DNA of 64,000 nucleotides from a virus: IMG/VR virus record IMGVR_UViG_3300050498_000097, positions 2,700 to 66,699 of that record; one strand, 5' to 3'. Shown piece by piece: positions 58,301 to 62,405 of this stretch (position 1 is its first letter; each line of letters starts with the position of its first letter). The notes under the pieces were generated by a model. It saw only the letters and a program-made list of their open reading frames with translations, ran no database searches and was not told where the DNA came from. The position numbers and the translations under genes were made by a program.

Positions 58301-58879
58301 CCGCGTCCTCGGTCTGCGGGTACGAAGCCACTTGGCAGCATTCTCGTTAGATGTGAACTCCGAGGCATCGAATCCCTTCAGGATCCGGTCGATGATCGCA
58401 CGAGCACGGTCACTGACCCTGAAGCTGTCGCGGAATCTTCCCTTGGAGTCACGTGGGTGCAGCTCTGCTTTCCAATGCCCCACATCGACTGCAGCGGTAA
58501 GTGAGCCAGGGGCAGCAGCAGGTGCGGCGGCAGGAGGAACCGGCGTGGCAGGGACGGTGGGTCGTACCGGCTTGTTATTTGCCTCTGCCTGAGCTTCTTC
58601 TTTCAGCTCTTGAGGAGTCTTATCCTCTAACGCTTCAAAGCGAACTCCATACTGAGCATAGATGCGGCCCTCGGGCGTAATAACAACGCCAGTTTCACTG
58701 CCGGGCTCAGCGTCATCATCACCCTCTACTTCGACCAGGGTGAATTCAGTCGAATGGTGGTGTCCATTCCCGTTGCCATTGCCGTTTCCATTGCCATGAC
58801 CATTGGTCCCAGACCATGCATCAAGACGAGCCAACCGCTCCATCCGGAGGGTCAAGGCCCGTTCCTCGGCCTGGGTCAT
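40307..58879 (-). CDS. Giant 6190-aa polyvalent head-associated protein (ART-like, Zn-peptidase, GNAT, kinase, Nudix, second ART-like)
   Basis: Uninterrupted 18.6-kb ORF; HPRDSKGRF, HETGH+EDFAE, QGKG+FWARQGF, DRHDGN+IDH, intact Nudix box, LYRG..GVFGNGTY..GYDAI. Confidence 0.9.
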   Translation of the reverse strand: MTQAEERALTLRMERLARLDAWSGTNGHGNGNGNGNGNGHHHSTEFTLVEVEGDDDAEPGSETGVVITPEGRIYAQYGVRFEALEDKTPQELKEEAQAEANNKPVRPTVPATPVPPAAAPAAAPGSLTAAVDVGHWKAELHPRDSKGRFRDSFRVSDRARAIIDRILKGFDASEFTSNENAAKWLRTRRPRTRNKRQDETISHFYTKEGYDEIQGALYRGFDPATVVDVEAQREGPHREIHDLDSMMEPLPRDMLLTWVGGPETFGLPKERMPEVEEWTGRLVSSKGYVPTNLTEPESVDGPHIVWSLVTPKGTKAVVVGDGHRDVILDREQPIQIMKVEDNGRGGMYVYATVMPKTGSGPPRSLGKELPAREVAESRAKAVEATPEELARRGLGPDGKPLPAPPRKGPPAKSGLPPAAPGEKTGPAPKPEGPIEPGRVLKSDREPPAPEEMLTPEARRAPGRQIIPEAEARVKEERRRLDEREARLEERAAREDRQRQVFQESQQRAIEQRDQLIDRLMRQQETGESEAPAPEAPRGDTRGGSDIRGMTRAQKIAQVNRDRDLRSRFPGYPRNDDERRIERTAENVLRESRGEELLPPLDQGPNLARPRKLAAKKAVQMPASQEVGGTSRRAATGRAGDVVFFETEDGDTAEGVVVRRGRKGTVAVKWREGDEVMAGEPRPLPKNLRMDDENVRFEAPPKPEKAAPPTSTKRLTGPVTEAQFTRAEQRTLDQADREADIPEADLTPAQRARRNLADDIRARRAGTAAEERPAETIGRVEIPNQVEDRWRNSDSDTEREAENWSDEEQERSMAQAARVRRTEDEAKLVTYLKQLPDDDLARLAMRLGVGNSDPDTDDRDKNDFIGRIVAAKRAGLIKPPAKKVTKAAQAKEDQDARVRAATRERVAADIAETERQIEIMKRAPVKKEAAPAKKAAAPAKKAAPRVTPTERRKRERLDWLDAVIAEDNDDLKKVRIEGEAAPLTSLRRLREDAEKGIADDEAIEQTLNDIIQQRRDNDPVVKAMRPVFDRFYEMRDRDRYKLSRAAIARARREGEPAVARKAAPERPTITREAPRHTNVPSAFDRAEHERQVRETHQRVIDARDAANVRDGTNVEVPASRRARRIIDDVIDEDPNPDRLDDLAGRLRQEADELEADELSNEDIGDPLLVRELTPRELGFIQEDDVERLRRLADALDAEQEDRDAEEGRIAAPPRAQRAPKAAPAKAAPKTPVKKAAPVKKAATRAAKKAAPETAPAKRETRAELYERARNADIRGRSGMTRKQLEEALSRQETSGKPELKTPRAKKAVPGKKAAPEAPIKAAKKAVPEKPTVTRAGEAVGKPTPAQRATLQRFIDGESPFPRKDVAQRLVDRGWLEYRDGRYRITRDGRTVMAPPPAKKAALAKKATPRKRVAKAAPKAAPVPVQPFGVPRVAAKIGGAIATALVKKALASISERLVTRAKADAAERRRRRILSRGTRMSLLEQAALGRIRSAHAKNLAEDTNLPESRRGWVARAEIPIVGPKVLQSLRDQGVIEELEVPVGRKGRGRMRLYRPVSIPEPAPSTKPVRVARAAKKVTPAPVKKVAPAPVKKAAAAAVPRIPAKGTPERNALNKRIARQYVSGKGISEIAKSEGLSDSFVYTSLTKESGLQLRPRGRPVIKRAAKAAPVKAPAAKVAKASVKKAVPGRRRGPATQDIGIGATGGLPTGARSAPLRTAGIGQDGALTGRVFSVDDQARVLREDTGPEGVPVRDFALYNGYKIYTGTAWRHDGVTYVVEHRDPGAKRYGPEWGAGAHRLLVRHLESLPPEARAAQKSYAFVTSRNPDDKGDFEAQATAGGGHTTVWRAGVGIEDFQSIMNHETGHNASYMASIKSGLKLGEASPAYAAATVLDNPHVQVSGFEPRRTALPRRLKKAYDEWGTARRGDPHVKVPKGVTPYGRSSYGEDFAEAHAAYLADVVGTGVLSDGDGRREDIWFRDLYPERATHFDEIYPDYGRRQIAHIERLRGRRLPSVGSALRAPVRAGMGRGKTARVPAQLVGFPDQAFRATKKAVPRVLGPDRIKALVDALPPEHRKDVQRLSLVEQEDYLARLQAGIPTHEEALYLAKGNANPLKLDPDKPVVARAPRKSVASARPTITKQAPAKKITVKAAPVKKAAPVKKAAPVAAKKVAPERPTITRAAKKVVPEAPSVKKAIPRRAPTGTSGTGETQPRVTLKSLRDKARDAKIPGFSRMARPELETALARHEAGDASVLQRPTRARAPRLVADTPLNKAKAQAAIDRLDQYQHRMPAEHDGLRKELIEGLEARRLTPEKIRPILRKEARELNLQARELRDTDAGKARTVRKAAAIYELIEIELGKTEAFDQAVERHLRGEGPNIKPFAPLPERLEAPVVVKKTPPPRKIQVPPAAPAAPVARVKRAANPNLVRADLETAASAKEIEEILDELELGNDKGAWRRLAKSLISAPRFADLRSASAIRKQIVDSYNSDRLLREEILPIEVPAGEGKVRRFAEPMPTKKRPKSFWGMHRDDPEKAWRPITGRRPSRAFDDADSIYMATDRDYAHKFIDDMDEDRFKRLVRALDLGPEHLAKDRDGITDALLRKIREPEPQTKSLRKSAVEIRANRQQVYKDLLERNNFQNTVASTQAREALQNGGLQYTATGDQVAVAEELRIAADRIENLQSIKTPDGAKLSGLRQQQLAKADAGRLREFADRLERHGTFARRRKAVPADARKGVRPFFTEEELAQEAEEQRESERRSRLRTTKRMEAQAFPAKRAKGAAAPLGDRRRLSPVQREDVDPLTPNEQRDYFDNRDRDLPHDRALAEALSQVQTPGRFKAQAKAAPERPVKVTRAAAKAPDVDATLARLSDFDNPPSREEAAAMVADWRRAPLLEAAKKLSVPGYTRLDMPGLRREIVEGTAGRRVDSIALRGFRGRRPGEGDVKDRVRPSSVGGRPAVAKKAVPAKKTVTSADDVIANRGTIFRQPEFPGWDIVEHAGNKRWYLLDPDGNLHRDGRTVSSPTMEAAQRRLARVAKPAPAKKAAPAKAAKAAPAKRAGKFLPPLADGTRRKSATNLEVGDVIRAASGYKGKWAVPSPVTAIERDGHRIKITRADGTSTGASPNTAFWIGEVPETPAVKKAVPEAAPPAKKAAAAVPSTEGRVRPNGKIALGKLQKGDRVLAEQHTGGVWQPSARKTRATTITVDRIERVQSTRGFSRTTNRFVVVGRDPDGNEVRIGDRGEGSGLSNGWPSHQTLTYVPEGAPTPRKRRGPEVQAFPAARPGDAFKFRANGLTTRLDRPAVPDKTGRIVAEGQIRDSNGKIVGGFRYHLFPDRRTAHADMLAIGKEHQGKGFSSQFHRQIEEELREQGYTRMTVDPAFDGGLFWARQGFDWDRARRGGFGDVPTRMMDRFNGWDGHDASDEDKAQIRSWLERFQGDDPPSPREIAESGPLGRSIMNGASWNGVKNLGPKVQAFPAARRVSVVDARRQSALDALDEHKIEGSRAYDTLVSDVRGGDVTPARASQKAGSTATRLNNEAVLAAVDQKDEDKAKRLRAQAKQFRELRDALKKSQEPDGPKGYKRYQAEGAPAVTPVTKAVKAAPAGPKFTGREALQQLGEAKTRNEAQAIVARLRSKAELDNALTSVGLTRSKDLPEGKKRLLDAMAPEEVGPPVKKARAPRKAPVPKAVKKAAPGRTPNPPELGGEGPNGPVPWEIAQRSLGPHGKPALTNEDIQPGRHVLSTGGGGWATIVKHTPKTSRKEEGYDILFHRTDSGARGQYTNNYSKRQIQEWVKRYAEMKKYADLREAAAKKAAPVKPTITRAGRGPTLPELKDRASKAGIRGYSRMNKQQLIDALGAQDTLDAISGTPAVTTARKGVTPRVAKKAIADTNADTEATTQSLRKAVPGATGTARRTPPPPTKRSPQSEWGKVRDSDEVAWSPALGRRPAPFEHIDQVYVARDRAEGKKYLDSLTQSQFDRTLKGSDLFSDIDPTLSRDRKTSKMLDIIREPEAKARAPRKTVAQQRRDRQDEFDALRRDSGLAFPRTFYATGSVEAAQRDYAKGVDRKKIAESLRREADTLEHHRKNEDKDFISGGPYTEDQRQLQARADANNLRFLANRLDPPPESVAPEAVPEVAAPEVPTRPVTVKRAAPGKKIKYPGHLADDDKARDAYITKLQQSGSTQAALQMMETDEINVTDMREIAHDIGIPEAANYKIPEMRQAIAKRLGGRGRGQPFLRLRRRKKTAPSGFRARGERTADALEMARRGGRSGNPYLILPAFERLTDDDWRDLAPDQRESIVDAVRNIDKRYSASDGTKTLEANDRARAFLDRRSPPDNEKLELGERRGLTPSEARDFARSEHKTLAAWRKAKGIEAPARRPAAKKAPAAKKAAPVKKAAAPVKKAAPAPSLRKPVRSEGPEARAIHASVAGGVTEERRIGGLKHGKVWQVRGADGRKMIRKQPKRDKGKAYDYSPEDQVDAEVLASSYARRLGVRVPAAYKADPETVYMDRVPGPLNIAYQPRVLRRLVRGESGRRLYLYDLVTGNQDRHDGNLLREGEELVGIDHASSFQGGEVGKPSYPSLDDPLDAYYKATVIDSDGNIDWADDLPFSATELRAARRALIAMAPEFRAYGREQWHANALERIDGMLEKVSARRRPAAKKAIPETPAKPKVTRAKATKAPAPVAKAAGSKARTPDVQIGDRIMVEPDSEGQIVPEMVRGKGAFPVTVIRHNRDGSLRVRDNDGREMNTVPDAPRGTFYRKETAAEAKRAAPKIAKKAAPAKKTVPVKAVTTVPTRAVKVEDLKVGDVIEPDQSPGSMPRELVGTGHVTDIQRSGLDGYLVTVAWGDGKGAPQLQSYRRGDGLNVSSGVSPTKKATSGRLTPARAEQELNSAEDWADAARNGRISRPAAARRIRQYAQGQADSAGYIGLGSPRETWTQEQKERYDRFTAEAARLRALADEIEARPTKKAAPAKPTARRLAWRKAGPGSMGVTTHTSRKGHVAEFPADDEIDTGRFRAYRHIDDVRGGEPKDFDNLADAKRYVEDWDGTPEGPQTAEIRATLTKKAVPAKVTGRERASKGDLFYKGPNQAADFIITRNNPETGELEMIRITRGKKVNGKNPQAIPGGFRDGDESAAAAARRELREETGVDLTTTGARQVFEGKVNDPRNTDESWVETTVLHRHLTPSQAARVRFKGPEEKGEVLEYGWVPVTRELLDDLYADHGDFVRRAIRDMASDKESGLDDDARRKLRSLAAGPKPVIKRAPKAAPAAKAAPETPQSKEERRKLAVARRAGLSEADAQSYASSNHQSLGVWRTARGKELEKSQELKRKTAAAKRAKLTEEETADYLKARERSIPDWRQAKYTRDVIQRMDQDRRESEQRERDRRKAMTQRERDAEDKRHAEQDEKAKKEREEVRAAHEARAVLRPDKTVNTENLRRALLDAQGSGARERVIERLDAALPKPKYKSHLGTSPVIWRGIAKDLGLKPGTKSTKELKADILEHFADADEVRKADLRAKKVDTKDRTRESGLAARLYEQIETDPDYSKQRSDNRYGERQSRRGGDLTAEKLAERQGFDALPEVVSREEFEQRRKKDIGLVLYRGINTSGRDANVSSYYRTKPASEVHAEFREGRYHAGQGVFGNGTYMTRNSQHAKGYSDLTDGSVARYGLAKDAKIVELEDLRQEYDDFIKGLDPNSPEAKLYGYVSVLDNEVHGSSDGMGHYAISRGYDAIHAPRGSMAFGVDPETGAKDQYVILNRGKVIAEAPGTEGPVRPRKAPAAKKAAPEAPETPAKPTITREKKTVPAAKKTAPAESPAKKAAPAPITANEVANELQGPGGLLQRVLTDLVQDRIDRYAEEADTPAARKMADNNRRGLLTPEDVDNFIAEDRRRRATEEAGIERVATEIENEEPLRMRARGSLLDRDIRDLRPELVDAEMRRLQEQDRVDEERLRAAGPRPPVDESVPLRGDPEGDNSIMHGDSPAMNLAQALAKRNRNGSANRVMELRRDYSRNVTDLDATQRAIDELRMMRAAETDPNVRALYDKALAQMDAPVAEIPDIPVNTPPALRQLLEDLNRIPLARRVENGNLPDRKDRVSAVEQLAEIFREAGRGELTGSRRELDSRIEGVLRRYHESRDGAYPMWNLETRLRAPEMRGQLAEWARRGQTAEEREPFRGQIDPDRRLADIFREAAQAAERITASV
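48469..49093. repeat. 34-bp direct repeats (48469-48502, 49060-49093; 32/34 identical) flanking the GNAT domain
   Basis: GGCGAGCGGCAGGGAAGGCCTGGAC exact in both copies, then CTT/TTC, then GGGGCC. Confidence 0.9.
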
Positions 58880-58908
58880 AGTCGCAGCCCATTTCTGCTG
58901 GATTCCGG

Positions 58909-59973
58909 TTAGCTTAGCAGGGACCGTTCCTCGTCAATAGCGGCTAATTGCGCTGCGCGCCTCGCCTGGTTGTGCTCTTCGAGTTCCTGCTCGATCTGTT
59001 CCCACCGCTCCAGGCGAGCTGCCAGTTCTGCGGCATCCTCAGTAACATCATCCGACGGAACTTCGGGAGTCTCAACGGCTTCTTCATCCATGCTGAATTC
59101 TCCTAGGTTGTCATCTTCCTGGCCCAGAACTCCAACAGCCATGAGACTGAAGGCGTGGCCATTCTGTTCGCGATAGATGGGGAATCCTGGGTTGTTTACT
59201 GCCAGAGCGGCAATAAGCTCCAGGTTGCCATTCACCTCGCGCCAGTCACCTGATAGTGCGGATGCTCGAAGTTCAGCTATCTTCTCCGGAGTCATGGTGG
59301 TGGTCAGGGCCCCATTGACCCAGATGCCATGCCGGTCTTCACCGACATTGACCACGGCTGCCGCCCAGCCGGTGTTGTCATAGTGGTCCCGGCTTGGGAC
59401 GATGCCCCAGTGCGGGCTCGCGTGTCCGGTGCCCAGCGTGATCTTGCCGATGGGAGCCTGGGAACCGTCTTCACAGATAACAGCGCCCTGGCGGAAGAGG
59501 CTGTAGTTGGTACGGCTCTTGGGAGCCATTACGCAGGATCTTCCAATGCCTACGTGGCACACCTTCCACTGGGCCAGGTGTCCGGATACGTGGCCGTCCT
59601 CAGAGATGCTCAGCTTGGTGGGCGCCTGGAATCCAGGATCTGAGAACCACGCGGACGGCGGTGCCAAAGGTGCCGCCCCCGCGAGTAGGGCGCCTTGGTC
59701 AGAATCCGCCAAGCCCACTGACATCTCCCCTGAGTCATCCTCATCCTCAGAAATTTCGACATCGTATTTCTTGAGTGCCTCCTTGATCCGGCCCTTGACG
59801 ATTTTCAGTTCGTCGGCATCGTACTTAGCGGCATTCTTCGGCATATTGATGTATGCCCATGCGGCCCTGCAGTGCTCTTCCGAATCGAGGGGGTACCTTT
59901 TAACCCCATCTGACTGGAATCCATCGTCTGCGTACTTTACATTGCCATATGGCCGTTTTGTGTTAACACTCAT
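58909..59973 (-). CDS. Capsid maturation protease, C-terminal part (with DUF6582-like N-domain)
   Basis: YADDG..KRYPLDSEEH.RAAW.YI; F.DP...PT.L....DG.V.GHLA.W..CH.G; LSGDWR. Confidence 0.72.
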   Translation of the reverse strand: MSVNTKRPYGNVKYADDGFQSDGVKRYPLDSEEHCRAAWAYINMPKNAAKYDADELKIVKGRIKEALKKYDVEISEDEDDSGEMSVGLADSDQGALLAGAAPLAPPSAWFSDPGFQAPTKLSISEDGHVSGHLAQWKVCHVGIGRSCVMAPKSRTNYSLFRQGAVICEDGSQAPIGKITLGTGHASPHWGIVPSRDHYDNTGWAAAVVNVGEDRHGIWVNGALTTTMTPEKIAELRASALSGDWREVNGNLELIAALAVNNPGFPIYREQNGHAFSLMAVGVLGQEDDNLGEFSMDEEAVETPEVPSDDVTEDAAELAARLERWEQIEQELEEHNQARRAAQLAAIDEERSLLS

Positions 59974-60455
59974 TTCACACTCCTGTTCCGGGCTGCCCGA
60001 AGTCGATTACATGTTCCACAGACACGATGACCATTAGTACGGAACTGGGTGTTTACATGGTCGTAGGGGTGGCCGCTCGGGCAATGGGTTTTGCGATATT
60101 GCCAATACACCATTCGTTCTGCAGAACTGTTATTCTTAGTGGTTGAAAGTTGCATATGATGTGGATTGCAGCATCGACGATGCGGACAATTATCTCCCGA
60201 CTGACATCGCAATGGATCATGACACAGATGATCTATCTCAATCCGGCTGCTGAAGTACAGATCAATTTCGCCCCAGTAAAAGATATATGCCTGACGATGC
60301 GCCCGTGCTATGCATCGGGTACCAGTTGTGTTATAGAAATGGAAGTTGCCGTAGCCCCGCTGCGTACTGTCTTTCCATAACCAGCAACGTTGAATGTCGT
60401 GTGGATCGAAGTCCACCTTGGACCAAAACCTTGCTTCCAACTCTTGTGTCGTCAT
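59970..60455 (-). CDS. HNH homing endonuclease
   Basis: RFWSKVD, CWLW..GYG.F, AHR.AY, IDHLC..RCCNP.H, KTHCP.GH. Confidence 0.9.
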   Translation of the reverse strand: MTTQELEARFWSKVDFDPHDIQRCWLWKDSTQRGYGNFHFYNTTGTRCIARAHRQAYIFYWGEIDLYFSSRIEIDHLCHDPLRCQSGDNCPHRRCCNPHHMQLSTTKNNSSAERMVYWQYRKTHCPSGHPYDHVNTQFRTNGHRVCGTCNRLRAARNRSVK

Positions 60456-60456
60456 T

Positions 60457-61683
60457 CTAGTAGCCGCACTTCATGCAGAAGCCATTGTCAAAATGGCAAC
60501 CGTTGGGTCCGTAGGTGTTCTTCATGTCTGGGTCAACATCAAGACCCATGTACTTGGATGTACTTGGCATCGACGGTGCGCCGAAGGTAATTGTCACCGG
60601 GACACCGATAGTGAATGAGCTTGTGTTCGCAGTGTTCGTCGCAATAGACAGAGGAGCCGTCTTCCAGGACTCCAGTGACACGTTGTTCTCGGTAGGAGCT
60701 GTCATGGTGATTCCTTCTTCACAGCCGCAGTCTTCTTCCACTGCCAGGGTCGTCACTGGGTCCTGGTTCGGGGAGCGTCCCCCACCCTCCTGGAACGGTG
60801 AAACCAGGTTCTCGTCCCCGAACGCAGCGGCCATGGCCCCGTACATCTCGTCAATGACCGGGATCATGCGCTGTTTGTCTTCCTCAGGGATATTCGGCAA
60901 GCCACCGTGGGCGCCAGACAGAAGTGCAGCTGCCGAATACACGGCGTGATAGATCAGATGGGGCTGGTCGTTGATGATGTCTGCCAGCGGCAGCCGGAAC
61001 GAATCCTGGTTCAGGTTGTCGTTGACCTCGCTGCCGTTGCGCCATAGGAACACGGATGCATAGCGGTCCAGGCTCGGCTCTCTGCTGCCGATGCCAGCCC
61101 AGTAGGCAATGCGCTTGACTGCATCGTCAGCGTCAAACTTGTAGTCCCGAGGTGCCAGTGGCCAGGACTTCCACGAGTCTGTATTCACGTCGAAGAGGCC
61201 CCAATCCTCGGTGTCCACCCCAATGGAGGCCAACAGAGCCTTCTCCTCGGGACTGTCCACGCTCATGTGCACCTGGTGGAAGGCGGGCATCGGGACCAGG
61301 GTCACGCCAATGACGTTGTACTCCTTAAACAGACCAGCTTTCTTGTCCGGGCGGGTGGGGTGCTTGACGGCCTCCACGGTGAAGTCCCGGTCCAGGTCGA
61401 CGCTGGGTCCCATGACCTTGTTCTGGAGCATGTAGATGGCCTTGGGTACCTCGGGAATCATCTCCGGATCAAGGAACTCACCGTCAGCCCAATAGCCACC
61501 GGGACCCTGGAATATGTTATTTACCTTGCCCACGACGGTGGCACCCTCGTGGCCCCCGGACCCAAAACGCACCAGCAGGGGTAAGGGCGTAGGGCGGCTG
61601 GTCAGCTTCCCGGCTGCGAACATCCGGCCGTCCCCGGTGGGAACCTCGGTCGGAGCAATCATCCCGCGCCATTTGATTGTCAT
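60457..61683 (-). CDS. Capsid maturation protease, N-terminal part
   Basis: WRG.IAP....TGDGRMF...L..RP.PLPL, GH.GA..VG, GVTLV.MPAF; ATGA overlap at 61683. Confidence 0.72.
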   Translation of the reverse strand: MTIKWRGMIAPTEVPTGDGRMFAAGKLTSRPTPLPLLVRFGSGGHEGATVVGKVNNIFQGPGGYWADGEFLDPEMIPEVPKAIYMLQNKVMGPSVDLDRDFTVEAVKHPTRPDKKAGLFKEYNVIGVTLVPMPAFHQVHMSVDSPEEKALLASIGVDTEDWGLFDVNTDSWKSWPLAPRDYKFDADDAVKRIAYWAGIGSREPSLDRYASVFLWRNGSEVNDNLNQDSFRLPLADIINDQPHLIYHAVYSAAALLSGAHGGLPNIPEEDKQRMIPVIDEMYGAMAAAFGDENLVSPFQEGGGRSPNQDPVTTLAVEEDCGCEEGITMTAPTENNVSLESWKTAPLSIATNTANTSSFTIGVPVTITFGAPSMPSTSKYMGLDVDPDMKNTYGPNGCHFDNGFCMKCGY

Positions 61684-62405
61684 GATCCGGTCCTTATAAT
61701 CAGGTTGCATCGACAGCCACAAACAAGGTCCGGTGGAGCTGCTGGGTCACCAGGGAAAAGCATGGGGAAGCCATCAACGATGAATGGTTGACCTAGCGGC
61801 TGGGTTTTGGCATTGGTGAGCCGATGTGCGGTACGTTCTCTACCATCCATCGTGGTATCCCATTCCTTGACCAATCCCTGCTGTCCTTGCTTCTCGCGAA
61901 TGAGCCCGTGCGCCAACATGGAAGAGTTGAAGTGGCGCGTCAGCTCCGTCTGGGCAATCAGACGGGCCCTGCCATCCCAGTTCTCTGATCCGGTATACGT
62001 GAGCACATTGTCCACTCGATTTGCTATTTGTTCCAGGCTTTCACCTGCATTGGTGCCTTCCAGAATCTCTTTTACGACTCTGGCATGTACTTCATCAGGT
62101 ATCCGGACCAGCAAGTTGTAGGTAAGCGCCAGGTTCGCCTGTATGTACGGGTCTCGTGGGTCATAGTCACCAGGTAAATTGGCAGCCGCCCACCCCTCCT
62201 TCAAGGCCGGGGTCAGTGCAGCAAGAATCCGGTCAACCTGCTCCTGCCACAAGGGCACTGTGGCTCTGACTGCTTCTGCGTTTGGCTGAGCCTTGAACTG
62301 ACGCCAGGGCGCCATCACCACTTCTCGGGCACGCTTGAGCCACCGCTGCAGGCCCGATTTTGCAGCAGCGTAGATAGAGTCCTCAGAGCCCTTACTGGGG
62401 GGCAC
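61680..62405 (-). CDS. MuF-like minor head protein
   Basis: RARLIAQTE, KEW.T.MDGRER..H, Q.L..PF.V.G..M.FPGDP...CRC. Confidence 0.88.
   Translation of the reverse strand: MPPSKGSEDSIYAAAKSGLQRWLKRAREVVMAPWRQFKAQPNAEAVRATVPLWQEQVDRILAALTPALKEGWAAANLPGDYDPRDPYIQANLALTYNLLVRIPDEVHARVVKEILEGTNAGESLEQIANRVDNVLTYTGSENWDGRARLIAQTELTRHFNSSMLAHGLIREKQGQQGLVKEWDTTMDGRERTAHRLTNAKTQPLGQPFIVDGFPMLFPGDPAAPPDLVCGCRCNLIIRTGS

Noticed and set aside
40474-58592. Many + strand ORFs of 60-250 aa opposite the giant gene (e.g. 45705-46250, 49656-50411, 57321-58019)
   Set aside because: Antisense shadows of GC-rich, repetitive coding sequence (FLAGAAFL mirrors KKAAPAKK); no RBS or recognisable domains.
58745-58810. 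GNGNGNGNGHHHH tract at the giant protein N-terminus as a functional motif
   Set aside because: Short low-complexity run; no support for a function beyond a linker.
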